DNA of 64,000 nucleotides from contig CAYTCI010000001.1 of assembly GCA_964436305.1 (NCBI GenBank), positions 48,037 to 112,036 on the forward strand, in the 5' to 3' direction. Position numbers and translations under genes: made by a program. The DNA is from an uncultured Cytophagia bacterium. Lineage in GTDB: Bacteria > Zhuqueibacterota > Zhuqueibacteria > Residuimicrobiales > Residuimicrobiaceae. Positions 40,213 through 49,506 of this stretch are shown here, piece after piece (positions within the stretch are counted from its first letter, which is position 1; every line of letters starts with the position of its first letter). A model generated the notes under the pieces. It saw only the letters and a program-made list of their open reading frames with translations, was not told the DNA's origin and ran no database searches.

Positions 40213-41253
40213 TTACAAAGAATGGCGCAGGACGGTTTCGATCTGCTCACAGGCCTCCGCGACTGCTGCGTCATCGACGTCAAGGTGGGTGACGAGACGG
40301 ACACGGGTGGGAGCGGTGGCGATGCAGAGCACACCTTTGTCTTTCAGTTTAACAACCAAATCAGGCGCATTTAATCCAGTTTTTCTCAGCTCAACGATGA
40401 CTATATTGGTTTGCGCCGCTTCAAGATCGACCTCGATGGGAGGAAATTTGACGAAAGTCTCAGCAATTTGACGGGCGTGGCGGTGATCGATTGCCAGGCG
40501 CTCAATATGATGATCGAGGGCATAGAGGCCGGCTGCGGCGAGGAGACCGGCCTGGCGCATGCCGCCGCCCCACATTTTGCGGAAGCGGTGGGCGCGGTCG
40601 ATAAACTCGGCGGTGCCCGTCAGCACCGAACCAACCGGAGCGCCCAGTCCCTTGGAGAGACAAACCGAGATCGAATCGAATAGGCGGCCGTACTCCAGCA
40701 GGGGGATGCCGGTGGCGACATGGGCATTCCAGATGCGCGCCCCATCGAGGTGGAGGGCCAGTCCCTGCTTGCGTGTCAGGGCCGCAATCTTTTCGATTTC
40801 GGCGAAGGGAAAGATCGCCCCGCCGGCGCGGTTATGGGTGTTCTCGAGCATCACGAGGCGGGATTGCGGGTTGTGATGGTCCGGCGGACGCAGGGCGGCT
40901 GCGATCTGCTCCGTGGTGATTGCGCCGCGCACACCTGGCAGGGGGCGGACCTGTACACCGGAAAGAGCGGCCGGCGCCCCGGCCTCATAGTTATAGATGT
41001 GGCCGTTCTCTTCACAATAGATCTCGTCCCCGGGTGAGGTATGGCTCTTGATCGCCAGCTGGTTGCTCTGGGTGCCGCTGCTGACATAAAGCGCCGCCTC
41101 CTTGCCGAAGAGGGCGGCGACCCGGGCTTGCAGCCGGTTGACGGTCGGATCTTCGCCAAAAACGTCATCGCCGACCTCGGCAGCGGCAATGGCCGCGCGC
41201 ATTTCCGGGGTTGGTCTGGTCACGGTGTCGCTGCGCAAATCGATGCTTTTCAT
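40213..41253 (-). CDS. ltaE: low-specificity L-threonine aldolase
   Basis: [38 protein letters not shown] and the PLP-fold remainder. The ATG overlaps the upstream helicase stop (ATGA, 41250-41253). Confidence 0.9.
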   Translation of the reverse strand: MKSIDLRSDTVTRPTPEMRAAIAAAEVGDDVFGEDPTVNRLQARVAALFGKEAALYVSSGTQSNQLAIKSHTSPGDEIYCEENGHIYNYEAGAPAALSGVQVRPLPGVRGAITTEQIAAALRPPDHHNPQSRLVMLENTHNRAGGAIFPFAEIEKIAALTRKQGLALHLDGARIWNAHVATGIPLLEYGRLFDSISVCLSKGLGAPVGSVLTGTAEFIDRAHRFRKMWGGGMRQAGLLAAAGLYALDHHIERLAIDHRHARQIAETFVKFPPIEVDLEAAQTNIVIVELRKTGLNAPDLVVKLKDKGVLCIATAPTRVRLVTHLDVDDAAVAEACEQIETVLRHSL

Positions 41254-44246
41254 AGTGAATCCTGTTTGAAAAGGTTGAGTTGAGGGTTACTGCCGGCGCG
41301 CCGGCGCGGAGTGTGTCTCTGCAGCAGCTGCCTGCTGATGTCCTGGAGAAACCGCGAGGGGATCTGGGTATGGCGCTGGCCGCGCACCAGCCGCTGCCGC
41401 GCATGGGTCAGATAGAGCCGCTCACGGGCCCGGGTCATCCCGACATAGAAGAGCCGGCGTTCCTCCGCGATATCGCCGGTTGAGCCGAAGGCGAAGGGGA
41501 GGAGGTTCTCCTCACAGCCGATGATAAAGACTACCGGAAACTCGAGCCCCTTGGCGGCGTGCAGGGTAAGGATCTGGATGCGGTCGCCGCGCGGATCGAG
41601 GATCAGGGGTGAACTGGCCTCGGCGCCGCTGGCCGGGATCGCCTCAGCGCCATGGACGAGATCGGTGCGGTCCTGTTCATACTGATCGGCGATACGCTTG
41701 AAGGGCAGGCCGCTTTTACGCAGGACCTCCTCCAGGGGATCGGCGAGCAAACGGCTGCGCAGCAGGATGGCAAAATCGCCAAAGCTGCAGGCTCCGGCCT
41801 GTTCCGGGGCTGCCGAGCGGCTGTCCAGGGCGTAATGGCTCGTCCCCCCCATCAAGGATTCGATCTGTTCGACGACGAAGAGCGCCTCCGCCAGGTCGGA
41901 GGCGGCGGCATGGAACTGGATCCTGAGATCCGACTGCAGATGCGGAATCAGCCTCTCTTCCGGCGCCGGTGCCGCGCCCTGGTGCAGCATCCCCGCTGAT
42001 GCGGTCAGGATGGCCGGCGCGGAACGGTAATTCTCGCGCAGGACCAGGCGGCGTGCCGCCGGGAAATCGCTCTGCATGCGGGTGAAGAACTCCGGGCTTG
42101 CGCCGCGGAAGCCATAGATCGACTGGTCCGGGTCGCCGATGACACAGACATCCCGGGCGGGCAGGGCGAAGAGATGGAAGAGCTCATACTGTGCCGCATC
42201 GATATCCTGAAATTCATCGACAGCGATCACTTGCACCTGCGCGAGCAGCTGACGGCGGAGTCCGGCGTCAAAACGGAGGAGGCGCACCGGCAAGGCGATC
42301 AGGTCGTCAAAATCAACGGCATTCCATTCTACCAGCAGGTTTTCAAAGGTGCGGAAAAGGGTGAGAAAATTGGCCGGTACCGTACGGGCGATCTCCTCCG
42401 GCAGGCTATCCGGGGTATAGAGCAGCCCCTTGAGGGTGGCGATCCGCTGCAGGGCGGTGGCGCTGAGGCGTTCGCCGCTGCGTTCCATGACGGCTTGGCG
42501 AAACGCGCCGTCGGATTCCGGATCGATGAGGCGGAAGCCGGCGGAGCGGCCGAAGAAGGTGCCGGCTCTCTCCAGAAGTTCTATACCGAAGCTGTGAAAG
42601 GTGCGGATGCGCAGTCGGGCGGCTTTCTCCGCGCCGATCCGTTCGGTCAGGCGAACCTGCATCTCGCGGGCGGCCTTGCGCGTGAAGGTGATCGCGAGGA
42701 TCTCCTCGGGCCGGGCGAAATCCTCCTCAAGCAGGCTGGCGATGCGCCGGGTCAGGGTCCGGGTTTTGCCGGTGCCCGGGCCGGCCTGGATGATCAGGGG
42801 GGCGCCGCGATGGCGGACCGCTTCGCGCTGGACGGGATTGAGGCCCCAGGGATCGGCGGCTGGTTCAGCGGCACGGGAGAATGTGGCGGGCCGGGCGGGC
42901 GGCGTCGCCGGTGCAGACGCAAGCGCGGGCGCGCTGCGGGGGGCGGTGGCCGGGGCAAAGAGGGCCGCTTGCCGCAGCCAGTGCGCGCGCTCTTCAGGGT
43001 TGAACAGGGCGATATGGCCATACTCGCCATCATAGCCGGGGTGCGCGTCGACCTCGCCGCTGCGCATCCGGCGGACGGCCTCGGCCGCCATCGGTCCGGC
43101 GGCACGCTCGAGGTCGGCGAGCGGCAGATCCATCAGGATCGCGAGTTCGGGACCGAGGTCGCGCAAGAGAGCCTGATACAATCCCTGCACTTTTTTGGTC
43201 GCCGGACCGGCATCGAGGACCTCGCCGAGCAGCTCCGGCAGGGGGATCAGACTGTGGAAGGGCCTGGCCTCCGGCGGCCGATAGCCTTCGGGCCGGTCGG
43301 CCAGCTGCTGAACACGGTAACTGACACCGAGGGTGGCCGGCTTGCCGCATACCGGACAAAGTCCACCACGGCTCAGGGTCTCGGCGGGGCGCATCATCCG
43401 GCTGCACTTGCGGTGGCCGTCCATGTGGTATTTGCCCTCTTCGGGGAAGAACTCGATGGTGCCGGCAAAATCCTGGCGTTCATGATCGCTGAGCGCGGCG
43501 AAGATCGCCGGATAGGAGAGTTCGGTGTCGAAGAGATTGGCCTCGCGGGCGAGTTTTTCCGGAGAATGGGCGTCGGAATTGGAGACCAGGTGGAGGCCAT
43601 CGAGCTGCGAGAGGCGCCAGTTCATCGGCGGGTCGGAGGAGAGGCCGGTTTCAACGGCGAAGAGATGCGGCGTCAGATCGCCGAAGCACTCTGCGAGCGA
43701 ATCGAATCCGGACTGCGATCCGAGCGCCGAGAACCAGGGGGTCCAGATGTGCGCCGGAATCAGACGTGCGCCGGGATCGGTCTCGAGGACAATCTCGAGC
43801 AGATCGCGGGCATCGAGGCCGAGAATAGGCCGGCCGTCGGAGCGAATGTTGCCGATGCGCTCGAGGCGCTGCTGGAAGCGGGCGACGGCGTCGAAAGAGG
43901 GCAAAAAGACCACATTGTGGACCTTGCGCACCACTCCCTCTTTTTTGTAGATGCTGCTGATCTCACCGGAAAGGATGAAAAAGGTCTCACGGCGGCAGGC
44001 AGCGGGCACGGCCCCGGCCTGGCCGGCCGCACGCTCCGGGTTGAGGACGAAGAGGCCTTCGGTGTTGCTGGCGGGAAGCAGGGCCGCGCGCAGCTCTTCG
44101 AGCCAGGCGGGATGGGTCAGATCGCCGGTGGCGATGACCTGCAGGCCCTTGAGCTGGCCCCAACGCCATAGCTGCTCCGGGACCAGCTGGCTGCTGGTCG
44201 CCCGGGAATAACGGGAATGGATATGAAGATCGGCGATGAACCTCAT
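41250..44246 (-). CDS. fusion protein: EndoQ-like PHP-domain nuclease (TIGR00375-type) N-terminal half plus UvrD/PcrA-type SF1 helicase C-terminal half
   Basis: N-terminal half: [102 protein letters not shown]-terminal half: [62 protein letters not shown]. The ATG at 44246 is chosen because homology begins there. Confidence 0.86.
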   Translation of the reverse strand: MRFIADLHIHSRYSRATSSQLVPEQLWRWGQLKGLQVIATGDLTHPAWLEELRAALLPASNTEGLFVLNPERAAGQAGAVPAACRRETFFILSGEISSIYKKEGVVRKVHNVVFLPSFDAVARFQQRLERIGNIRSDGRPILGLDARDLLEIVLETDPGARLIPAHIWTPWFSALGSQSGFDSLAECFGDLTPHLFAVETGLSSDPPMNWRLSQLDGLHLVSNSDAHSPEKLAREANLFDTELSYPAIFAALSDHERQDFAGTIEFFPEEGKYHMDGHRKCSRMMRPAETLSRGGLCPVCGKPATLGVSYRVQQLADRPEGYRPPEARPFHSLIPLPELLGEVLDAGPATKKVQGLYQALLRDLGPELAILMDLPLADLERAAGPMAAEAVRRMRSGEVDAHPGYDGEYGHIALFNPEERAHWLRQAALFAPATAPRSAPALASAPATPPARPATFSRAAEPAADPWGLNPVQREAVRHRGAPLIIQAGPGTGKTRTLTRRIASLLEEDFARPEEILAITFTRKAAREMQVRLTERIGAEKAARLRIRTFHSFGIELLERAGTFFGRSAGFRLIDPESDGAFRQAVMERSGERLSATALQRIATLKGLLYTPDSLPEEIARTVPANFLTLFRTFENLLVEWNAVDFDDLIALPVRLLRFDAGLRRQLLAQVQVIAVDEFQDIDAAQYELFHLFALPARDVCVIGDPDQSIYGFRGASPEFFTRMQSDFPAARRLVLRENYRSAPAILTASAGMLHQGAAPAPEERLIPHLQSDLRIQFHAAASDLAEALFVVEQIESLMGGTSHYALDSRSAAPEQAGACSFGDFAILLRSRLLADPLEEVLRKSGLPFKRIADQYEQDRTDLVHGAEAIPASGAEASSPLILDPRGDRIQILTLHAAKGLEFPVVFIIGCEENLLPFAFGSTGDIAEERRLFYVGMTRARERLYLTHARQRLVRGQRHTQIPSRFLQDISRQLLQRHTPRRRAGSNPQLNLFKQDSL

Positions 44247-44685
44247 GGAGCCGGGGGCCTCTGCGGATTGGTACGGATAGACGGCAGGAACGAGATGCCC
44301 TAATATACGCATTTTCAGGCAAAGTGCCAACCCTTTTGACGGCGGGAGCGCGAGCGGTCGCGGATTGCGCCAGAGCGGCACAAGGGCGCTGCTGCGCGGA
44401 CGGGTGGGAGTGGGGCGGTGAAAAGGGAGGGCGGCGCATCGCCGGTAAGTTGGTCTTTCAAAAAAACGGCAGACCATTCTGTGCAAAAGGAGGCCCTGAC
44501 TACCGATTTCAGGCCACGTGCCCGGGGTATCACTCCCCTTTTACCCGGATCAGGATCACGAGGCGGGTGGTTGTTTTTGTGTGAAGAATAACCATTTTAT
44601 AGCACTTATCAATTAGAATAAACTTGCATATTTTTAATTTTAATATTATTTTATCCTGCAAAAGGAGTAGGCTGAGGAGGAGGCG

Positions 44686-46002
44686 TTGAAGAAGACTTTT
44701 GTCCTTGATACCAACGTTATTCTGCATGATTCCGGCTGCATCTTTTTTTTCCAGGAAAACGACATCGTCATCCCGATCACCGTCATTGAAGAGATCGATG
44801 CCTTCAAGCGGGGTCAGGATCTGATCAATTACCATGCACGCGAGTTCGTCCGCCTGCTCGATACCTTCCCGGGCGACGCCCTGGTGAAGGGAGGGGTGAG
44901 CCTCGGCGAGGGGCGGGGCCATATTTCCATCCTCACGATTTTTGATGAAGAGCCGGAGATCCATCGCGCCTTTCTCGAGCAAACCCCCGACAACCGCATC
45001 CTCAGCGCCGCCCTCTTTCTCCACAAATCCGGCCGCACCGCGCAGGTAATCCTGGTCAGCAAGGATGTCAATCTGCGTCTCAAGGCCCGCGCCCTCGGGC
45101 TGGAATCCCAGGACTACACCACCGACAAGATCAAGGATATCGACAAGCTTTACCGCGGCAAGCGGCTGATCGAGGAGGTCAATCCGGAGATCATCAACCG
45201 CTTGTTCTCCGCTCCCTATGAGGTCCCTGCCGCCGAGGCCGAGATAGAAGCTCCCGTCGCCAACGAATACTTCATTCTGCGCAATGCCAGCAAATCGGTC
45301 CTGGCCTGCTGCAATCCGCACACCCAGATGCTGGAGCGTGTCGAAAAGCTGCAGGCCTACGGGATCACGCCGCGCAACGCCGAGCAATCCTTCGCCCTGC
45401 ATGCCTTGCTCAATCCCGCGGTGCCGCTGGTGACGCTGAGCGGCAAGGCGGGAACCGGCAAGACCCTGCTGACGCTGGCGGCGGCCCTCGAGCGGCGAAA
45501 GGAGTACCGGCAGATCTTTCTGGCGCGGCCGGTGGTCGCCCTGTCGAACAAGGATCTTGGCTACCTGCCCGGGGACATCGAATCCAAGCTCGATCCCTAT
45601 ATGCAGCCCCTTTACGACAATCTCGGTGTCATCCGCAATCAGTTCAAGGAGAGCGATGAGCGGGCGCAGCGCATCGGCGAAATGCTCGAGAGCGGCAAGC
45701 TGGAGATCGCCCCTCTTGCCTATATCCGCGGACGCAGCCTGGACCACATCTATTTCATCGTCGACGAGGCGCAGAATCTGACGCCGCATGAGGTCAAGAC
45801 CATCATCACCCGGGCCGGCGAGGGCACCAAGGTGGTCTTTACCGGCGATCCCTCGCAGATCGACACCCCCTATCTGGACAGCCGGTCGACCGGTCTGAAC
45901 TATCTGATCAACCGCATGCAGGGTCAGGCGATGTATGCGCATGTCACCCTGGAGAAGGGCGAACGCTCTCCGCTGGCGGAACTGGCGAGCGATCTGCTCT
46001 AA
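44686..46002 (+). CDS. PhoH2-type protein: N-terminal PIN domain fused to PhoH ATPase (YlaK-like)
   Basis: PIN: [14 protein letters not shown]...[12 protein letters not shown]. PhoH: [54 protein letters not shown] start preceded by GGAGGAGG. Confidence 0.9.
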   Translation: MKKTFVLDTNVILHDSGCIFFFQENDIVIPITVIEEIDAFKRGQDLINYHAREFVRLLDTFPGDALVKGGVSLGEGRGHISILTIFDEEPEIHRAFLEQTPDNRILSAALFLHKSGRTAQVILVSKDVNLRLKARALGLESQDYTTDKIKDIDKLYRGKRLIEEVNPEIINRLFSAPYEVPAAEAEIEAPVANEYFILRNASKSVLACCNPHTQMLERVEKLQAYGITPRNAEQSFALHALLNPAVPLVTLSGKAGTGKTLLTLAAALERRKEYRQIFLARPVVALSNKDLGYLPGDIESKLDPYMQPLYDNLGVIRNQFKESDERAQRIGEMLESGKLEIAPLAYIRGRSLDHIYFIVDEAQNLTPHEVKTIITRAGEGTKVVFTGDPSQIDTPYLDSRSTGLNYLINRMQGQAMYAHVTLEKGERSPLAELASDLL

Positions 46003-46010
46003 CAAAAGTA

Positions 46011-46039
46011 TTGACTTTGTGGGGGAAAAGTGGTAGACT
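46011..46039 (+). promoter_or_regulatory. sigma70-like promoter candidate with extended -10 (TTGACT - 17 nt - TGgTAGACT), about 280 nt upstream of the first TonB-dependent receptor
   Basis: TTGACT at 46011-46016, a 17-nt spacer ending in tgg, and TAGACT at 46034-46039. Confidence 0.45.
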
Positions 46040-46318
46040 ATAAACATGACCAGTTTTTCCGGCCGGTCATCAGGCCTACAATGAAAATCTGCTCTAAGCC
46101 ATGAATAACCGTCTAATTTCCTCTGCAGACGGGGGTAACCAGGATGTGCTCACCATGCCTCTGCCAGAGCAGCCTCCCTTTTCGAGAACCATCCAGCGGC
46201 ACGGGGGCCTGTTTTGCAGCGGTTCATCTCATCCCCGCCATCGCACCCCCTGCGGAGCGACCTTTCTTCAGTATACCCTCAACTCACGCTACGTTCCCAA
46301 ATAGAGGAGAAATCCGTT

Positions 46319-49300
46319 ATGAAGCTTCGTCGGCTACTGGTTTTGTTGCTGGTTCTCGGTTCCGTGACCGTTGTGCTGGCGGGAACGACCGGCAAGATCG
46401 CCGGCTCGATCACCGATTCCGCCACGGGTCAGGGGCTGCCCGGCGCCAATGTCCTGGTCAAGGGCACGAGCTATGGCGCGGTCACCGATCTGAACGGTCA
46501 CTATACCATCCTTAACGTGCCGCCGGGAACCTATGATCTGCAGATCTCCTTCATCGGTTTCAGCGCGGTCACGGTTACCGATGTCAAGGTGAACATTGAT
46601 CTGACCACCACCCAGAATGTCAAGCTGCGCGAGCAGTCGCTGGTGGGGGAGGAGATCACAGTGCGCGCCGAGCGGCCGGTGATCCAGAAGGACCTGGCCG
46701 CCAGCGAGCTGCAGGTGACCTCCGACCAGATCAAGAATCTGCCGATCTCTTCGGTGGGCGAGGCCATCGGCATCCAGGCCGGTGTCACCTCCGGCCTCTC
46801 GATCCGCGGCAGTGGCTCGGATGAAGCCCTCTTCATGGTCGACGGTATCTCGCTGCGCGATGAACGCGACAATACCCCGATCGCCAAAGTCCCCTTGAGC
46901 GCGGTCAAGCAGGTCTCGGTGCAGGCCGGCGGCTTCGGGGCCGAGTACAATAACGTCCGTTCGGGTCTGGTCAACGTCGTCACCCGCGAGGGCGATTCCC
47001 GCGGTCTGAGCGGCACCCTCACCCTGCGCACCAACTACCAGCCCTGGCAGTCCGGCAAAAGCTATCTGAAAAAGTATTTCGGCGATGTCTCCCCCTTCGG
47101 CGCCGACTCTTACTGGCTGCGTCCCTATCTGGATGATGCCGTCGCCTGGACGGGCACCAAAAACGGCGCCTGGGATCCCTACACCCGCCGGCAGTATCCG
47201 GAGTTTGACGGCTGGAATGCCGTCTCGCAGACCTCGCTGACCGATGACGACCCGACCAACGATGTTACCCCGGAAGCGGCCCAGACCATCTTCAAGTGGC
47301 AGCATCGCAAGCAGGGCGACATCACCAAGCCCGACTACCTGGCCGATTTCGGTTTCGGCGGCCCGGTGCCGCTCATCGGCAAAAAACTCGGCAACCTGCG
47401 CTTCTTCATCTCCGGGCGCCAGGAGAGCGAGCAGTACCTTTTTGAGATGTCCCGCAAGGATCTGCTCGACAAGAGCACCCTGCTGCGCCTCGGCGCCGAC
47501 ATCACCCCCTCGATGAAGCTCTCGCTGAGCGGTCTCTACGGCGAAACCTACGGCACCAACTACAGCCTCTCGGGCGGCACCTCAATCATGAGCAGCCCCG
47601 AGGACATCGCGGACCAGATGGCGTCGGCGGGATTCACGGTGCCGACGCGTATCTACACCGACATCTACTTCTCGCCGACTTCGCGGTTTTACTCGACCTT
47701 TTCCTCCAAATTGACCCACTTTATTAACAAGAGCACCTACTACGATCTTCAGCTCAAGTATTCACAGAAAAAATACTTCACCAATCCCGGACGCTTCCGT
47801 GAGGCCGCGGCCAAATACGAGATCGTTCCCGGCTATTTCGTCGATGAGGCCCCCTTCGGCTTCAGCACGACGCCGGTCTATGGCATCGACGGCGATTTTA
47901 TGATGGGCGGCGCCGTCGGCGTCTCCCGCGACTATAGCAAATACCGCACCTACAGCGGCAAGCTCGACATGGTCAGCCAGGTCAATCGCCGCAACCAGAT
48001 CAAGAGCGGTGTTGAGTTTGTCATGGACGACTATGAACTCTCCTACGGCGCCTACAATGCCTATTTGCCCGAGGGCAACTTTTGGAACGACGTCCAGCAG
48101 AAGCCGATCCGCGGCAACGTCTACCTGCTCGACAAGCTGGAATACGAGGGTTTCATCGCCACCGTCGGCGCCAACCTCGATTATTACACCCCCAACAGCC
48201 AGTGGTATAACGTGGCCACCTACGACCGCACCTTTTTCGGCCAGGGTTATTCCAGCGATCTCGATGCCAAATACAAGTCCAAGGATGTCAAACCCCGCTG
48301 GATCCTCAGCCCGCGTATGAGCATCTCGCATCCGATCACGGAGAATTCCAAGCTCTACTTCAACTATGGCCATTACCGCCAGATCCCGAACTCGGAGAGC
48401 CTCTACCGGGTTCAGCGCACCGGCATCAACGCCCTGAGCCGCTATGGCGATCCGACGGTGCCCTTTGAGAAAACGGTCGCCTACGAACTGGGTTACGACC
48501 ACGCGCTCTTTAACAATTTCCTGCTGCACATGGCCGCCTATTACAAGGATATCACCGACCAGGCCTATTCGGTCCGCTACATCAGCTACGACGGCAAGGT
48601 CAATTATTACAAGAACACCAACAACTCCTACGAGGATATCCGCGGCTTTGAAGTGGATCTCTCCCGGACGATGGGGCGGTGGCTGGTCGGCGACGTCAAC
48701 TATGAGTATCGCGTCGAGACCTCCGGTTATTTCGGCCGCGCCTACCAGTACGAGGATCCTGCAGCGCAGCGTGAATACAACAAGAGCAACCCGGTGCAGT
48801 CCAAACCGCGGCCGCGCCCGCGGGTCAAGGCTTACCTGGACTTCAATACCCCCTCCGATTTTGGCGCGATCCTTGGCGATTGGCACTTTACCACCACCGC
48901 GCAGTGGATCGCCGGCTACTGGATGACCTGGAATCCTCAGGACATCGCCGGCATCAGCCTCAATACCCAGTACAAGGATTGGTATGGCCTGAACCTCAAA
49001 CTCTCCAAGACCGTCGGCCTCGGCCCGGTCGAGCTCAAGGGCTTCGTTGACGTGTACAATGCCATCAACTACAAGTACCTCTCCGGCAGTGCCCACGTCG
49101 ACATTTACGATTACAACTATTACATGAAATCGCTCCATCTGCCTCAATCCGTTGCCCGTCATCTCGGCTACAACAACATCCCCGGCAGCGACCGGCCGGG
49201 CGATTACCGCAATGACGATGTCGAATTTGTGCCAATGGAATGGGTTGCCGATGTCAATACGATCACCGCGCCGAGCTCCCGGGCCGTCTATTATGAGGGG

Positions 49301-49474
49301 CCCTCGGGGCGCTATATGCAGTATGTCGACGGCCAGTGGCAGAAGGTCGCCGACGGCAAGATCAAGAAGATTCTTGACGACAAGGCCTACATCGATATGC
49401 CGAACCAGACCTTTCTCAATTTCTTCAATCCGCGGCAGATCTTCTTCGGCATCACGCTGAATTATAATTTTTAA
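46319..49474 (+). CDS. TonB-dependent outer-membrane receptor with N-terminal CarboxypepD_reg-like domain (paralog 1)
   Basis: AGGAGA RBS and signal peptide. GTTGKIAGSITDSATGQGLPGANVLVKGTSYGAVTDLNGHYTILNVPPGTYDL (CarboxypepD_reg). Plug: IRGSGSDEALFMVDGISLRDERDN...GGFGAEYNNVRSGLVNVVTREG. Long barrel ending in ...ITLNYNF. Confidence 0.88.
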   Translation: MKLRRLLVLLLVLGSVTVVLAGTTGKIAGSITDSATGQGLPGANVLVKGTSYGAVTDLNGHYTILNVPPGTYDLQISFIGFSAVTVTDVKVNIDLTTTQNVKLREQSLVGEEITVRAERPVIQKDLAASELQVTSDQIKNLPISSVGEAIGIQAGVTSGLSIRGSGSDEALFMVDGISLRDERDNTPIAKVPLSAVKQVSVQAGGFGAEYNNVRSGLVNVVTREGDSRGLSGTLTLRTNYQPWQSGKSYLKKYFGDVSPFGADSYWLRPYLDDAVAWTGTKNGAWDPYTRRQYPEFDGWNAVSQTSLTDDDPTNDVTPEAAQTIFKWQHRKQGDITKPDYLADFGFGGPVPLIGKKLGNLRFFISGRQESEQYLFEMSRKDLLDKSTLLRLGADITPSMKLSLSGLYGETYGTNYSLSGGTSIMSSPEDIADQMASAGFTVPTRIYTDIYFSPTSRFYSTFSSKLTHFINKSTYYDLQLKYSQKKYFTNPGRFREAAAKYEIVPGYFVDEAPFGFSTTPVYGIDGDFMMGGAVGVSRDYSKYRTYSGKLDMVSQVNRRNQIKSGVEFVMDDYELSYGAYNAYLPEGNFWNDVQQKPIRGNVYLLDKLEYEGFIATVGANLDYYTPNSQWYNVATYDRTFFGQGYSSDLDAKYKSKDVKPRWILSPRMSISHPITENSKLYFNYGHYRQIPNSESLYRVQRTGINALSRYGDPTVPFEKTVAYELGYDHALFNNFLLHMAAYYKDITDQAYSVRYISYDGKVNYYKNTNNSYEDIRGFEVDLSRTMGRWLVGDVNYEYRVETSGYFGRAYQYEDPAAQREYNKSNPVQSKPRPRPRVKAYLDFNTPSDFGAILGDWHFTTTAQWIAGYWMTWNPQDIAGISLNTQYKDWYGLNLKLSKTVGLGPVELKGFVDVYNAINYKYLSGSAHVDIYDYNYYMKSLHLPQSVARHLGYNNIPGSDRPGDYRNDDVEFVPMEWVADVNTITAPSSRAVYYEGPSGRYMQYVDGQWQKVADGKIKKILDDKAYIDMPNQTFLNFFNPRQIFFGITLNYNF

Positions 49475-49506
49475 TTTTCTCATCCCCTAATCGAGAAGGA
49501 ACGGAT

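Noticed and set aside
42174-44171. 665-aa plus-strand ORF opposite the EndoQ-UvrD gene
   Set aside because: The minus-strand frame carries complete PHP/EndoQ and SF1 helicase motif sets. The plus-strand translation has none.
44247-44486. N-terminal 80-codon extension of the EndoQ-UvrD ORF
   Set aside because: EndoQ/TIGR00375-type proteins begin essentially at the (A)DLHIHS motif. The extension is Arg/Pro-rich with no RBS. An alternative ATG at 44312 cannot be excluded.
46101-46304. 67-aa ORF in the TBDR1 leader
   Set aside because: It has no RBS. Its composition is Ser/Pro/Arg/His-rich and unlike the genuine proteins here. It overlaps another equally implausible ORF in a second frame.
46040-46318. 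Cobalamin (or other) riboswitch upstream of TBDR1
   Set aside because: I searched by eye for a B12-box-like element and the conserved GCCACTG-type core and found neither. An Infernal scan is needed before any claim can be made.
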